Shown: positions 16,803-25,976 of the stretch, one piece after another
Numbering within the stretch: the stretch's first letter is position 1
Layout of the letters: each line of letters opens with the position of its first letter
From: a virus
Taxonomy: Duplodnaviria > Heunggongvirae > Uroviricota > Caudoviricetes
Reading direction: 5' to 3' (one strand)
DNA: 33,255 bases
IMG/VR virus record: IMGVR_UViG_3300028581_000022
Location: 64,001 to 97,255 of that record
Position numbers and translations under genes: made by a program
Notes under the pieces: model-generated
Seen by the model: only the letters and a program-made list of their open reading frames with translations
Told to the model about the DNA's origin: nothing
The model's database searches: none

Positions 16803-17522
16803 ATGGATATAAATTATAAAGACTTTAAAATATTAAAACGTGGTGAAACAGGCTGGGGTGGACTAATTGAACATGATGCTGGTTATATTAGTCCTGATGA
16901 ACCTAGAAATCAAGCGTTCATAAATGAAATAAAAAAACTTGATAGTGGTAAAATGATAATAGCAGAACCACTAGTTGTTTACGTTATATTACAAAAATAT
17001 GGTGTTCTTAATCGTAACGGTAGAATATATCCAGAACAAGTTTTAAAAAAGCAAGACGAAATATATCAGAAAGCTATTAGAGAGCGTAGTGCTGTTGGTG
17101 AATTAGACCACCCAGAATCTAGCATTATTGCTGGTGATAGAATATCTCACAATATTATTGAGACTTGGTGGGAAGGTAAAACCCTTATGGGTAAAATGGA
17201 AATCCTTATGACGCCAGGTTTTATAAACTATGGTATTGTTTCAACCAAAGGTGATGAGGTTGCAAATCTTTTAAGAAATAGAATTAAGATTGGTGTTTCT
17301 TCTAGAGGTGTTGGTTCACTTAAAGAAGGTAGAAATGGTGAACAAATTGTTCAAGACGATTTTGAAATAATTTGTTGGGATGTTGTTACAGCACCATCAA
17401 CACCAGATGCTTGGATATTTAGAGATGTTGCTGAAGCTAAACCTTACGTTGAAAGCGTTGAAAAGACAGCAAGTGTAATAAAAGAAAGTTTGAAAGACAA
17501 ACTTGATAATTTCTTGTTATAA
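16803..17522 (+). CDS. gp21: Prohead core protease (T4 gp21-like)
   Basis: NRNGRIYP, AVGELDHP, catalytic-region SHNI and GVSSRGVGSL, DVVTAPSTP. The start is moved to ATG 16803 because the TTG at 16764 lies in the terminator T run. Confidence 0.93.
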   Translation: MDINYKDFKILKRGETGWGGLIEHDAGYISPDEPRNQAFINEIKKLDSGKMIIAEPLVVYVILQKYGVLNRNGRIYPEQVLKKQDEIYQKAIRERSAVGELDHPESSIIAGDRISHNIIETWWEGKTLMGKMEILMTPGFINYGIVSTKGDEVANLLRNRIKIGVSSRGVGSLKEGRNGEQIVQDDFEIICWDVVTAPSTPDAWIFRDVAEAKPYVESVEKTASVIKESLKDKLDNFLL

Positions 17523-17578
17523 TAAACATTTTTTTATAAAATTTTTAGTCTTAATATGTCTTTTCGTAAAACTAGATA

Positions 17579-17617
17579 TATTTATTAAAAAATAAGATAG
17601 ATATTGTAATATTTATC
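17579..17617 (+). promoter_or_regulatory. Tandem putative late promoter cores (TATTTATT 17579-86; TATTTATC 17610-17)
   Basis: Two copies upstream of the scaffold-capsid operon; the first has CTTTT 14 nt upstream (17560-64). Confidence 0.6.
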
Positions 17618-17639
17618 TAATAATAAAACAAACACAAAA

Positions 17640-18833
17640 ATGGCAGATAAAAAATCAATACTTGAAGAAGCTCTTTTGGATATCCAAAATATTCAAAGTG
17701 CTCTTAATGCCAACACTAAAGAAATACTTCGTAGCGTAGCTAAGGAAGAAATTGATGGTGTGGTGAAAGAGTCTCTAATCAAAGAGGCTTATGTGGAAGA
17801 AGAAATTGAAGAAGGCGCAGCCGAAAAGGTTGAAGAATCTGAAATGGAATCTGAATCAAAAATGACCGAGGGTGAAATGCCAACAGAAGGTATGTACGAA
17901 GAAGATACATACGAAGAAGGTATGGATGCAATGGCATCTGAAGAATTGGACTTAACTCAAGCGTCTGACGATGACGTAATCGCAGTTTACAAAAAATTAA
18001 GCGGTGATGACGAAATCGAAATCGTTGGTGACGAAATTCACCTAACTGTCTCTGAACCAGGAGAATACGTAATTAAATCTTCAAACCTAGGCATGGATGA
18101 TGAAATGGCTGGTGATGTCGAAGATGTTGACATTAATGTTGATGACATTGAAGGTGGTGATGAAGTAGACTACGAAATCGAAATGGGTGATGAAGAAGGT
18201 GAACCTTCTGATTTGGCTGATGTAGATGGAGAAGAAGGTGAAGAGAGAGAAGGCGAGAAAGAAGAAGAAGAAATCGATGAAGTAATTTTAAAAGGTAAAG
18301 GTATGTCAGTTGGAGGACACGTTAATAAAACTGCTACTGGTTCTACTGGTCAACCTAAAGGTGCTGGTGCTGATAATCTTAAAGAATCTGTAATCGCTAA
18401 AAAACTTGTTTCTGAAACAGCAAAAAAATACAATACTTTATTGACTGAGTCTAAAAAACTTAAAGCTGAGAACGAAGAATTTAGAAAAGCTTTGAAAGAA
18501 TTTAGAACAAAGTTAGTAGAAACTGTAGTGTTCAATAGCAACTTGACTTATGTAACAAGATTGTTCATGGAACATGCGACAACCAAAGGTGAAAAACAAA
18601 ACATCATCAAAAGATTTGATGAAGAAGTTACAAACCTTAAAGAGTCCAAAAAGTTATACAAAACTATTGCTAACGAATTAGTTTCTAGAAAGCCAATTAC
18701 TGAAGCGATAGAAAGAAAAATAATGAAAGAGGGTACCACTGGCAGTTCTAAACAATTAAACGAAAGCACCGCCTATGTTGACCCATCAACTAAGAGAATC
18801 CTTGATTTGATTCAAAGAGTTGAAAACAAATAA
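17640..18833 (+). CDS. Prohead scaffolding/core protein (gp22-like by position and composition)
   Basis: Very acidic central region, C-terminal coiled coil and many [ILV]-x-E sites; lies between the protease and the major capsid gene. Confidence 0.82.
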   Translation: MADKKSILEEALLDIQNIQSALNANTKEILRSVAKEEIDGVVKESLIKEAYVEEEIEEGAAEKVEESEMESESKMTEGEMPTEGMYEEDTYEEGMDAMASEELDLTQASDDDVIAVYKKLSGDDEIEIVGDEIHLTVSEPGEYVIKSSNLGMDDEMAGDVEDVDINVDDIEGGDEVDYEIEMGDEEGEPSDLADVDGEEGEEREGEKEEEEIDEVILKGKGMSVGGHVNKTATGSTGQPKGAGADNLKESVIAKKLVSETAKKYNTLLTESKKLKAENEEFRKALKEFRTKLVETVVFNSNLTYVTRLFMEHATTKGEKQNIIKRFDEEVTNLKESKKLYKTIANELVSRKPITEAIERKIMKEGTTGSSKQLNESTAYVDPSTKRILDLIQRVENK

Positions 18834-18862
18834 CAAAATAATAAAAAAAAAATAAAAAAACT

Positions 18863-20758
18863 ATGTCACATTTATTAACATCTGGACAAGTGGGTAACAT
18901 CGGATTAAACCACATGAAGGCTATCCGTAAAGAAACCCAATCAAAGTGGGAAAGCTTAGGCTTCCTTGAAGGTCTTAAAGGCCACGTAAAAGAAAACATC
19001 GCTCAGTTGTATGAAAACCAAGCTTCAACTTTGTTGACTGAAACTACAACTGCGACTTCTTCTGGTTCATTCGAAACAGTAGTATTCCCTATCGTAAGAC
19101 GTGTTTTCTCTAAATTATTAGCTAATGACGTTGTGTCAGTTCAAGCTATGAACATGCCTATCGGTAAATTGTTCTATTTCGTACCTCTTACATCTAGCCG
19201 TGTAGATGGTTCTACACCTCCTGTAGCTGGTAATAACTATGATAATGTTAACTATAACAGTACAAACAGTCCTTACTCAGCTCACACATCATTTGCTTCT
19301 ACTGGTATTCCATCTTGCGTATTGCCATCTAATGGAAGTTGTGCTGTAACACCTTTTATGGCTAAAAACTTATACGACATTTTCTACAATGACGGTATGT
19401 TTGACCAATCTAAAGGTACTCTTACTATCAGAACTTATACTATCACAAACGCTAACGCTTCTGCATTAAGTGCTGGTGGTTCTTTCTCAACTCCAGCTCC
19501 AAGTACTTCATGGGCTACTGCTGCTGACGGTTCTGTAAGATACGCTATGTTAACCATTAGTGGTTTCACTGGTGGTGCTGGTTCACCTGCTGGTCGTGAA
19601 GTATTGACTGGTCCTGATGGTAACAACATGGACACTGAGTCATTCTTGGCTTCATTGCACTGTGTAACAACTAACGCAATTCTTGACAAAGATGGTAATA
19701 CTATCATCGCTGCTGGTACTGAAGTTCCTTTCCGTATCGTTACTCAACAATATGGTAAAGCTATCGTTCAAACAACAAACGTAAACTCTTCTGGTTACCC
19801 AGTATTGACTACACCAAATGGTGTTATGTATGTTGAGCTTGACCTTACTCACCCAGTAGGTACAACTGCTGGTTCTGCTGCTGCTGTAGTTCCAGGTACT
19901 TCAACCTATGATGGTTATGTTGGTGCTTCTGCTACAACTATATCTGCTATCACTACAACTGCTGGTTTAGCTTTCTCATGGGCTGAATACGCTTCTCTTG
20001 AATTGGAAACTGAATTGAATGAAGTTTCTTTCAGACTTGATGAAGTTGTTGTTGCTGTTGAAGAAAGAAAATTACGTGCAACATGGTCACCAGAATTAGC
20101 TCAAGACGTTAGTGCATTCCACAACATTGATGCTGAAGCTGAATTGACTGCAATGCTTTCTGAGCAAGTTGCTGCGGAAATTGACCGTGAAATCCTTAGA
20201 GACCTTCGTAAAGCTGCTGCATGGCAATTGCGTTGGGACTACAACGGATGGAGAAGAGCTTCTTCTGCTGCTAGCCCTTACACTCAAAAGGACTGGAACC
20301 AAACTCTTATCACTAAGATTAACCAAATCTCTGCTCAAATCCACAAGTCAACACTTCGTGGTGGTGCTAACTTCATCGTTGTATCTTCTGAAATTTCAGC
20401 TGTATTCGATGACTTAGAATACTTCCACGTATCTGATGCTAACCCTGAGCAAGACCAATATAACATGGGTATCGAAAGAATCGGTACATTGGGTGGTCGT
20501 TATCAAGTATACCGTGACCCATATGCACCATCTTACTCTGTAATTATCGGTCACAAAGGTAAATCATTGTTGGATACAGGTTACATCTACGCACCATACG
20601 TGCCTTTGCAACTTACTCCTACTATGTACAATCCTTTCAACTTCGCTCCAGTGAAGGGTATCATGACTCGTTACGCCAAAAAAATTGTAAATAACAGATT
20701 TTACGGTCATGTGCGTGTAGACGGTGTACCTACTTTCAACGTAGCAGAACTTAGATAA
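18863..20758 (+). CDS. gp23: Major capsid protein (T4 gp23-like) with a large Ser/Thr-rich insertion
   Basis: FPIVRRVF, VSVQAMNMPIGKLFY, RKLRATWSPELAQDVSAFHNIDAEAEL..EIDREI, YAPYVPL, PVKGIMTRY. Codon usage looks high-expression (TTC, AAC, TAC, ATC, CGT). Confidence 0.97.
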   Translation: MSHLLTSGQVGNIGLNHMKAIRKETQSKWESLGFLEGLKGHVKENIAQLYENQASTLLTETTTATSSGSFETVVFPIVRRVFSKLLANDVVSVQAMNMPIGKLFYFVPLTSSRVDGSTPPVAGNNYDNVNYNSTNSPYSAHTSFASTGIPSCVLPSNGSCAVTPFMAKNLYDIFYNDGMFDQSKGTLTIRTYTITNANASALSAGGSFSTPAPSTSWATAADGSVRYAMLTISGFTGGAGSPAGREVLTGPDGNNMDTESFLASLHCVTTNAILDKDGNTIIAAGTEVPFRIVTQQYGKAIVQTTNVNSSGYPVLTTPNGVMYVELDLTHPVGTTAGSAAAVVPGTSTYDGYVGASATTISAITTTAGLAFSWAEYASLELETELNEVSFRLDEVVVAVEERKLRATWSPELAQDVSAFHNIDAEAELTAMLSEQVAAEIDREILRDLRKAAAWQLRWDYNGWRRASSAASPYTQKDWNQTLITKINQISAQIHKSTLRGGANFIVVSSEISAVFDDLEYFHVSDANPEQDQYNMGIERIGTLGGRYQVYRDPYAPSYSVIIGHKGKSLLDTGYIYAPYVPLQLTPTMYNPFNFAPVKGIMTRYAKKIVNNRFYGHVRVDGVPTFNVAELR

Positions 20759-20777
20759 TAAAATATCTATATAACTT

Positions 20778-20807
20778 AAAAAAGGTGAGAGAAATCTCAC
20801 CTTTTTT
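20778..20807. terminator. Bidirectional Rho-independent terminator between convergent blocks
   Basis: AAAAAAGGTGAGA-GAAA-TCTCACCTTTTTT: GNRA loop with an A6 flank and a T6 flank. Confidence 0.92.
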
Positions 20808-20821
20808 ATTTTGTATAGGTT

Positions 20822-21559
20822 CTATCTAGAAACACTAGTATTCATTCTAAAAACATACAATCTTTCTGGCAACTGATAAAATTTATAATTCGCAGCAGCT
20901 GCACGTTTCCATAAATCCCAATCTTCCATACCAATGACGTGATTATAACCACCTATTTCATCTAAAGCTTTTTTCTTAATCATAAATGTACCATGAGCTA
21001 AAAAATTTGATTGAAAGATATTTTGTTTTATTACTTCATCAGTTTCATATGCGCCTAAGCCCCATGATTGTATCATAAAATTATTATTGTTTAGTAACAA
21101 TGTTTCTGTTGCTAAAAAATCAACATCATTATTTCTAAAATAATTTATTTGTTTCTCTAATTTTTCTGGTAGATAATAGTCATCACAATCTAAATAGGCT
21201 ACTAACTCTGTGTCAATTAAAGACAAACCATGATTTTTTGCAAAGGCTAAACCTTGTTTATTGGGTCTTTCAACAATTTCTAAATTCAGTTTATAACTAT
21301 TGTTTCTTACCATAGTAATAGTATTTGGCCAACACCCATCTAACATCAACAAAACTTTAAAATCTTTGTACGTTTGCATCTCTAAGGATTGTAAAGCTTG
21401 ATGTAAAAAATAATCATAGGTACCGTTAAAACTGTGAACACACATCAAAACCGTGAGTGTTGGGTACTCATTTGTTCTGTTAATATACCCTCTCACTTTA
21501 GCGCCAAGCTCCGTGTCGTTTGAATACCGCTTCGTCATTTTTAATATTTCATTACACAT
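20822..21559 (-). CDS. Glycosyltransferase family 2 (GT-A fold)
   Basis: LTVLMCVH...QALQSLEMQTYKDFKVLLMLDG, GLAFAKNHG, DxD in YLDCDD, and EDWDLW. Confidence 0.9.
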   Translation of the reverse strand: MCNEILKMTKRYSNDTELGAKVRGYINRTNEYPTLTVLMCVHSFNGTYDYFLHQALQSLEMQTYKDFKVLLMLDGCWPNTITMVRNNSYKLNLEIVERPNKQGLAFAKNHGLSLIDTELVAYLDCDDYYLPEKLEKQINYFRNNDVDFLATETLLLNNNNFMIQSWGLGAYETDEVIKQNIFQSNFLAHGTFMIKKKALDEIGGYNHVIGMEDWDLWKRAAAANYKFYQLPERLYVFRMNTSVSR

Positions 21560-21576
21560 ATAAACTAATTTTTACG

Positions 21577-21608
21577 CAAATATACAATAAAAAACCCGAA
21601 GATGCAAA
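21577..21608 (-). promoter_or_regulatory. Bacteroidota-type housekeeping promoter (TTTG-N20-TATATTTG)
   Basis: On the - strand, TTTG (21608-21605) lies 20 nt before TATATTTG (21584-21577), an exact match to the -33/-7 consensus. Confidence 0.7.
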
Positions 21609-21619
21609 TTCTTCGGGTT
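21588..21619 (-). terminator. Rho-independent terminator
   Basis: AACCCGAAGA-tgcaaat-TCTTCGGGTT stem; the A run on the left gives a U tract on the - strand, downstream of ORF 21649-22485. Confidence 0.85.
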
Positions 21620-21648
21620 ATTTTATGCGTTAACTTTTATTTTATTTT

Positions 21649-22485
21649 TTAGGCTTTAGTAGCACAAACTGGACAATATTTATATTCTTTTTTTAATTTA
21701 TGTGCACAATTTGTGCAATATTTTTTTACGTTTACATCATCAACTGTATTAATTTTTTGAGATGCTGGTAATAACTTATATTCAACAGTATGAAAAGAAA
21801 ATGATTCAAATTTTTTAGCAACCGTTTTAAATTCTTGACTTGAATGTGAGCCTTTCTCTACTCTACCAGTTTCAATTGATTTGGACTTTTTACTTCTAGG
21901 GGTATTTCTTATACTATCTAAATCATTTGAAAAACTAAGTTTGCTATCGTATGATGTATAAGTTATATTACTATTACACAAAAAACTGCTATTACTGCTA
22001 GTGCTTGTTAAATTAAGTCCAGTAGTAGTGGTAGTATTCCCAATGATTGGTGAGCTAATGTGTGTTACCCATGGTCTATAAGTCAAATCTGGTTGTATCC
22101 AATTAAGTGCTGTTACAAATTGTTGTTCTTTATAAAATTCTACTTTTAAATCACCATTATTTTCGATTGCTTTTTTTACTTCTTCAGTATTTGCAACTTC
22201 ATAGGTATCAAATAAGAATTTTTGTGCAACATCAAAATAACGGTCAAGGAACACACGTTGACCTGGATTCAATACCAAACCACCTTGTGAGATAGCTTTT
22301 CCGTTTAAGTGAATCTTGGCTAAGATTACGTCTGATGTTGGGTTAAAGATTTCAATTTGGAACTCTTGTCCTTTTTGAAGATAGAAAGTTGGCATATCGC
22401 CATCTTTGTTGTAGAGCTTAAGTCTGCTCTTGTTTACAGCAATGTAAGCTGTTGGGACAGTTTCTGTCCAGATACTTTTTTTCAT
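21649..22485 (-). CDS. Protein with an N-terminal beta-rich domain, a Ser/Thr-rich linker and a C-terminal zinc ribbon
   Basis: C-terminal CTNC-x10-CPVC, low-complexity TTTTTGLNLTSTSSNSS linker, beta-rich N-terminus. Confidence 0.85.
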   Translation of the reverse strand: MKKSIWTETVPTAYIAVNKSRLKLYNKDGDMPTFYLQKGQEFQIEIFNPTSDVILAKIHLNGKAISQGGLVLNPGQRVFLDRYFDVAQKFLFDTYEVANTEEVKKAIENNGDLKVEFYKEQQFVTALNWIQPDLTYRPWVTHISSPIIGNTTTTTGLNLTSTSSNSSFLCNSNITYTSYDSKLSFSNDLDSIRNTPRSKKSKSIETGRVEKGSHSSQEFKTVAKKFESFSFHTVEYKLLPASQKINTVDDVNVKKYCTNCAHKLKKEYKYCPVCATKA

Positions 22486-22513
22486 GTTTATTAACTTTTA
22501 ATTTTTGTTATTG

Positions 22514-22570
22514 TACTAACACCTTTGTTGCCTAAACAACTCTAAACCGTTTTAATAGTCGGTGCTAATA
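22514..22570 (-). ncRNA. Candidate structured 5' leader (cis-regulatory RNA)
   Basis: 10-bp outer stem UAUUAGCACC/GGUGUUAGUA with 2 G-U pairs, enclosing hairpin GUUGU-UUAG-GCAAC and an alternative ACCG/CGGU helix. The G-U pairs form only on the - strand. Confidence 0.45.
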
Positions 22571-22585
22571 CGTAGTTAACGCAAT

Positions 22586-22618
22586 AATAAATATAGTAAT
22601 AAAACATTTTTTGTCAAG
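22586..22618 (-). promoter_or_regulatory. Promoter for the zinc-ribbon gene (host-type, overlapping a TATTTATT core)
   Basis: - strand: TTGACA-N16-TATATT, also readable as CTTG-N19-TATATTTA. TATTTATT lies at 22593-22586. Confidence 0.55.
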
Positions 22619-22623
22619 TGCTT

Positions 22624-23346
22624 TTATTGAAAACTTGGCCCTAATTCACAAATTGTAGATTGTATTTGGTGCCAATATGTGTCCGCTTCATCAGCTAACG
22701 AATCACCTGTCATTCTATATCTACTAATTTCATCATCCAAAGTGTTTTGAGCATCTTTTAATCTGCTCAAAGGTTGGTTAATTTTTTCCATTATCTTAAA
22801 CTTTTCTTTTTCATTTAAATGAGCTATTGCTTTTTCAGTTAAACTAAGAGCTTCTTCATAACTACCTATGGTCATTTTATTGCAGGCTGTTTTCATAGCT
22901 GGTGTCATATACTGACCATCAATCATTTCTTCATTTATAGATTGTTTAATCATATCGATTGAACCTAGTGTTTTAAAATTATTACAAAATTTATCTCCAG
23001 TACCACCATCACAAGCAACACCGATTTGATTGTTCTTTTTTAAATTTTCATAGGACTTATTTAGCAACATAACTTTGGCTGATGATTCTCCAGCTAAAAC
23101 AGTTTCAACCAATCTGTGATAACCGTCTAGTAAATAATATTTTCTATCATAAGTCATAGCTACTTGCATAGGCTTGGCTTTGCTTTTTGATGGTCTTTTT
23201 TCTTTTATATTTTTAATCGCCCATTCTAAATTAACTCTGTCCAAAATCAATGAACTAAATGGTATGTTGATTGAAATACTACCTAGATGTTCATCTGCCA
23301 TTGATTCTAAAATGACTCTTAATTTTTGTTTAATAAATGATTTCAT
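22624..23346 (-). CDS. ParB/Srx-like domain protein, possibly head-packaged
   Basis: PMQVAM..DRKYYLLDGYHRL (ParB-like DGxHR). N-terminal leader MKSFIKQKLRVILES and an internal INE. Confidence 0.75.
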   Translation of the reverse strand: MKSFIKQKLRVILESMADEHLGSISINIPFSSLILDRVNLEWAIKNIKEKRPSKSKAKPMQVAMTYDRKYYLLDGYHRLVETVLAGESSAKVMLLNKSYENLKKNNQIGVACDGGTGDKFCNNFKTLGSIDMIKQSINEEMIDGQYMTPAMKTACNKMTIGSYEEALSLTEKAIAHLNEKEKFKIMEKINQPLSRLKDAQNTLDDEISRYRMTGDSLADEADTYWHQIQSTICELGPSFQ

Positions 23347-23347
23347 T

Positions 23348-24754
23348 TTATTGAGATTTACGCAATTCTACTTGATTGATTATTTCAAATTCTAGTACGT
23401 TTTTAAGCGTTGTAACTTCTAGATTTGAGTAAGCTAATATATCGATATAATAAGTGTTTGGTATTAAACTTAAGGTATCTATTAAAAAATAATAATAATT
23501 ATTGGACATTTCTACTGGTTGGTAATCGACAACTGTTAGTTCGTTAACGCCCTCTAATACGTAAATTCTGTATTTTAAGTTATCAATATTTTGTGTTTGT
23601 TCAACTGTATAAGGTATTCTAGCAGAAACAATTGCCTTTCTAACATCACCACGTTTTATTTTTTCTTTGTTTTGGATACCGCTAATGTTAACAGCTACTT
23701 TCCTAGGCAGCATATCATTATCGCCTATGTTGTAGTAACCCATTGAGTCTTTTACAACAAAATAAAGATTTATGTCTGGTCTATTAACACCATTTAATGT
23801 TATTCCAGTCCAAACATCATTGTACATTGTTTCTACATTTGAGGCTGAAGTTGGCACCAATATATCAATTGAGTAAACGCCTAATGTAACATGTTCAACA
23901 TCTGAAGGTGTATACGCTGAAAATAAATTACCAATATTGTCATACACATTAACATATGGTTTTGTGTCTAAGTTTGTAGGGTTTCCAGCTATGTTAACGT
24001 ATAAGTATAACTTATTTGGTTTATCTAAATAAAAGTTATTTCTGTCATCCTTAATATGATTATCGTAGATTGTTTCAATGTATGGTTCATAGAACGTTTG
24101 GGTGTTATTGGTAAAGAAACCGACATATTGTAATCTAGTTGTATTCATCAACTCAAACGGTCTGGTATAAGCTATTCCTAAACCATAGTTTGTATCGCCT
24201 GTCAATAGACCATTAACATAATCTGTCATATCCATTTCAATATTTTCGTTTCCTTTATCGAAATGTTGTGTTGTTACTGTAATTGCAGATGCTGAACCAG
24301 AATATACACCAGAACCGCCTGACCAAAATTCACCAGTTCTTGGTTCAATCCAGTTTGAAGGCCCGTTGTAATAAGCACCTTGACCAGTTACTAAAATTGG
24401 TACGGAGTAATCATAACCGACACCATTATCCCAATTTTGATTAATTTTGAATAAGAGTAAATCAAACGATGTCGTTCTATCCATACCAGCCATTGTTCCA
24501 TTTAACAATTCTGTGTCAAAAGAACCCGTGTTTGTAAGTCTTAAAGTATGTGTTAATTTGGTTAAGTCAGTAAATGTACCGCCAGTATATAAAGCTCTTA
24601 ATCTAGTTTCATCAAAATGAAATAAGAAGCGGCTATATTTTTGTTCACCTATTGCACCACCGTAAAATAATTCAGTAACTGGGTTCAAACCAGTGTTTAC
24701 GTATTGGTTGCTTACAATTGTATTGTTTTTATCGAAAAATGTGTGGATTACCAT
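23348..24754 (-). CDS. Putative virion structural protein (beta-sandwich, DNRLRE-like N-terminal half)
   Basis: Asn/Thr/Gly/aromatic-rich beta composition (SRFLFHFD, WDNGVGYD, QHFDKGNENIEMDMTDYVN), with a late motif upstream. Confidence 0.7.
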   Translation of the reverse strand: MVIHTFFDKNNTIVSNQYVNTGLNPVTELFYGGAIGEQKYSRFLFHFDETRLRALYTGGTFTDLTKLTHTLRLTNTGSFDTELLNGTMAGMDRTTSFDLLLFKINQNWDNGVGYDYSVPILVTGQGAYYNGPSNWIEPRTGEFWSGGSGVYSGSASAITVTTQHFDKGNENIEMDMTDYVNGLLTGDTNYGLGIAYTRPFELMNTTRLQYVGFFTNNTQTFYEPYIETIYDNHIKDDRNNFYLDKPNKLYLYVNIAGNPTNLDTKPYVNVYDNIGNLFSAYTPSDVEHVTLGVYSIDILVPTSASNVETMYNDVWTGITLNGVNRPDINLYFVVKDSMGYYNIGDNDMLPRKVAVNISGIQNKEKIKRGDVRKAIVSARIPYTVEQTQNIDNLKYRIYVLEGVNELTVVDYQPVEMSNNYYYFLIDTLSLIPNTYYIDILAYSNLEVTTLKNVLEFEIINQVELRKSQ

Positions 24755-24766
24755 CTTTGTTTTTAT

Positions 24767-24774
24767 TATAAATA
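24767..24774 (-). promoter_or_regulatory. Putative phage late promoter core (TATTTATA on the - strand)
   Basis: 12 nt before the - strand ATG at 24754. Confidence 0.65.
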
Positions 24775-24784
24775 TCGCAAAAGC

Positions 24785-25786
24785 TTAATTAATACGGACA
24801 TTTTTCGATAACATCGATTTCTCTAAATCATTTGCTTTTGATTTAAATAAAGCAACTGTTTGTTTATTACCAGATACTGTCAAATCTGTTGCTGGATTTC
24901 CACTACCATTATGAACATGGTTTAATAAAGCATCTTTCATTAGTATTAAATATTCCAATAAAACATCGCCAAAAGGAACTTGATGAGCTTCTACTAATAT
25001 TTTATTTAATTCATCATCTGTTATAAGAACGTCTGGGTCTGTTATATTAAATCTAGGGCTTCCATCTCTATGTGTAATAAGATTAATCTTATTTGCAACA
25101 ATATTTGCTACCGTACCTCTAAGAGCAGCTTGTTGGTTCGTTGCTGGGTTTGTTACAACATCATTCTTTATTTGAATATAGGCTTGAGTTGTTGGGTTGT
25201 ATTTGAAAGGATACGGGTTATTAAGATTTGGGGTTGATTCAACAAACTTACCAGCTCTGATAACAATTTCATTTCTTTTTTGGCTAATATCTGTATTATA
25301 TCTACCTTGTATTGAAACATCATCTGGTTTTGGAAATACACCATTTAATTCAGCTATTTGTGATGGGTTTACTGTTGGTGAAGATAGAGCAAATGTAAAA
25401 CCATTTAACGCTGAATATAAATAAGGGTCCCTATCTAACAGTGGGAGCTGTGAAATTATCGGCCCAACATATAATCTATCAGCATGTTGTTGTTGGTCAC
25501 TAAAAGTAAGAATCATTACAACTTCACCTACTTTAGGTTGTATTTGTAAATGTTTTGGTAGCAACGGAAAACACCATGGTAATTCAGAATCGGTTCTGTC
25601 AGCGTCACCGCCAGTTGCGATAGGGCCTTTTATGTATACTTTTATTCTACCAAGTCCTCTATTTTGTTCTGGTCCTGTTTCGTTTTCTAAAACTTTTACA
25701 ATACCATACTTTATATTGGTGCCTGAATTGATACCATCGTAAACACTACCTTCGTTTCTTTGTGTTTTATTTGTACTATTAATCAT
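24785..25786 (-). CDS. Baseplate central spike protein (gp5/gpV-like OB fold)
   Basis: GRIKV...LPWCFPL...PKVGEVVMILTF OB-fold signature, with C-terminal NHVHNG (HxH spike-tip motif). Confidence 0.8.
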   Translation of the reverse strand: MINSTNKTQRNEGSVYDGINSGTNIKYGIVKVLENETGPEQNRGLGRIKVYIKGPIATGGDADRTDSELPWCFPLLPKHLQIQPKVGEVVMILTFSDQQQHADRLYVGPIISQLPLLDRDPYLYSALNGFTFALSSPTVNPSQIAELNGVFPKPDDVSIQGRYNTDISQKRNEIVIRAGKFVESTPNLNNPYPFKYNPTTQAYIQIKNDVVTNPATNQQAALRGTVANIVANKINLITHRDGSPRFNITDPDVLITDDELNKILVEAHQVPFGDVLLEYLILMKDALLNHVHNGSGNPATDLTVSGNKQTVALFKSKANDLEKSMLSKNVRIN

Positions 25787-25787
25787 A

Positions 25788-25964
25788 CTACTCTCCTTTT
25801 AATCGTTTAACTAGTATCTTATTAGCATTGTCAAATCTTTTTTCTATTTCAAGCAGTTTATCAAAATCTTGAATCATTTTCAATTTTAAAGCTTCATGTT
25901 CAGCTTCCATTTTTTTAATTTCAAACAAAATTTCGTTGTTTGACATATTTTCTAAATCATTCAT
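25788..25964 (-). CDS. Small coiled-coil protein (58 aa), absent from the supplied ORF track
   Basis: Translated by hand as MNDLENMSNNEILFEIKKMEAEHEALKLKMIQDFDKLLEIEKRFDNANKILVKRLKGE*. It fills the gap between its neighbours exactly. Confidence 0.8.
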   Translation of the reverse strand: MNDLENMSNNEILFEIKKMEAEHEALKLKMIQDFDKLLEIEKRFDNANKILVKRLKGE

Positions 25965-25976
25965 AGTATTAAATTT

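Noticed and set aside
18834-18862. A runs between scaffold and capsid genes as a second frameshift site
   Set aside because: They lie after the scaffold stop and directly before a good ATG, matching an A-rich translation-initiation region.
19190-19990. Capsid insertion as an intein or intron
   Set aside because: It is in frame, with no intein block A/B/F/G motifs and no endonuclease signature.
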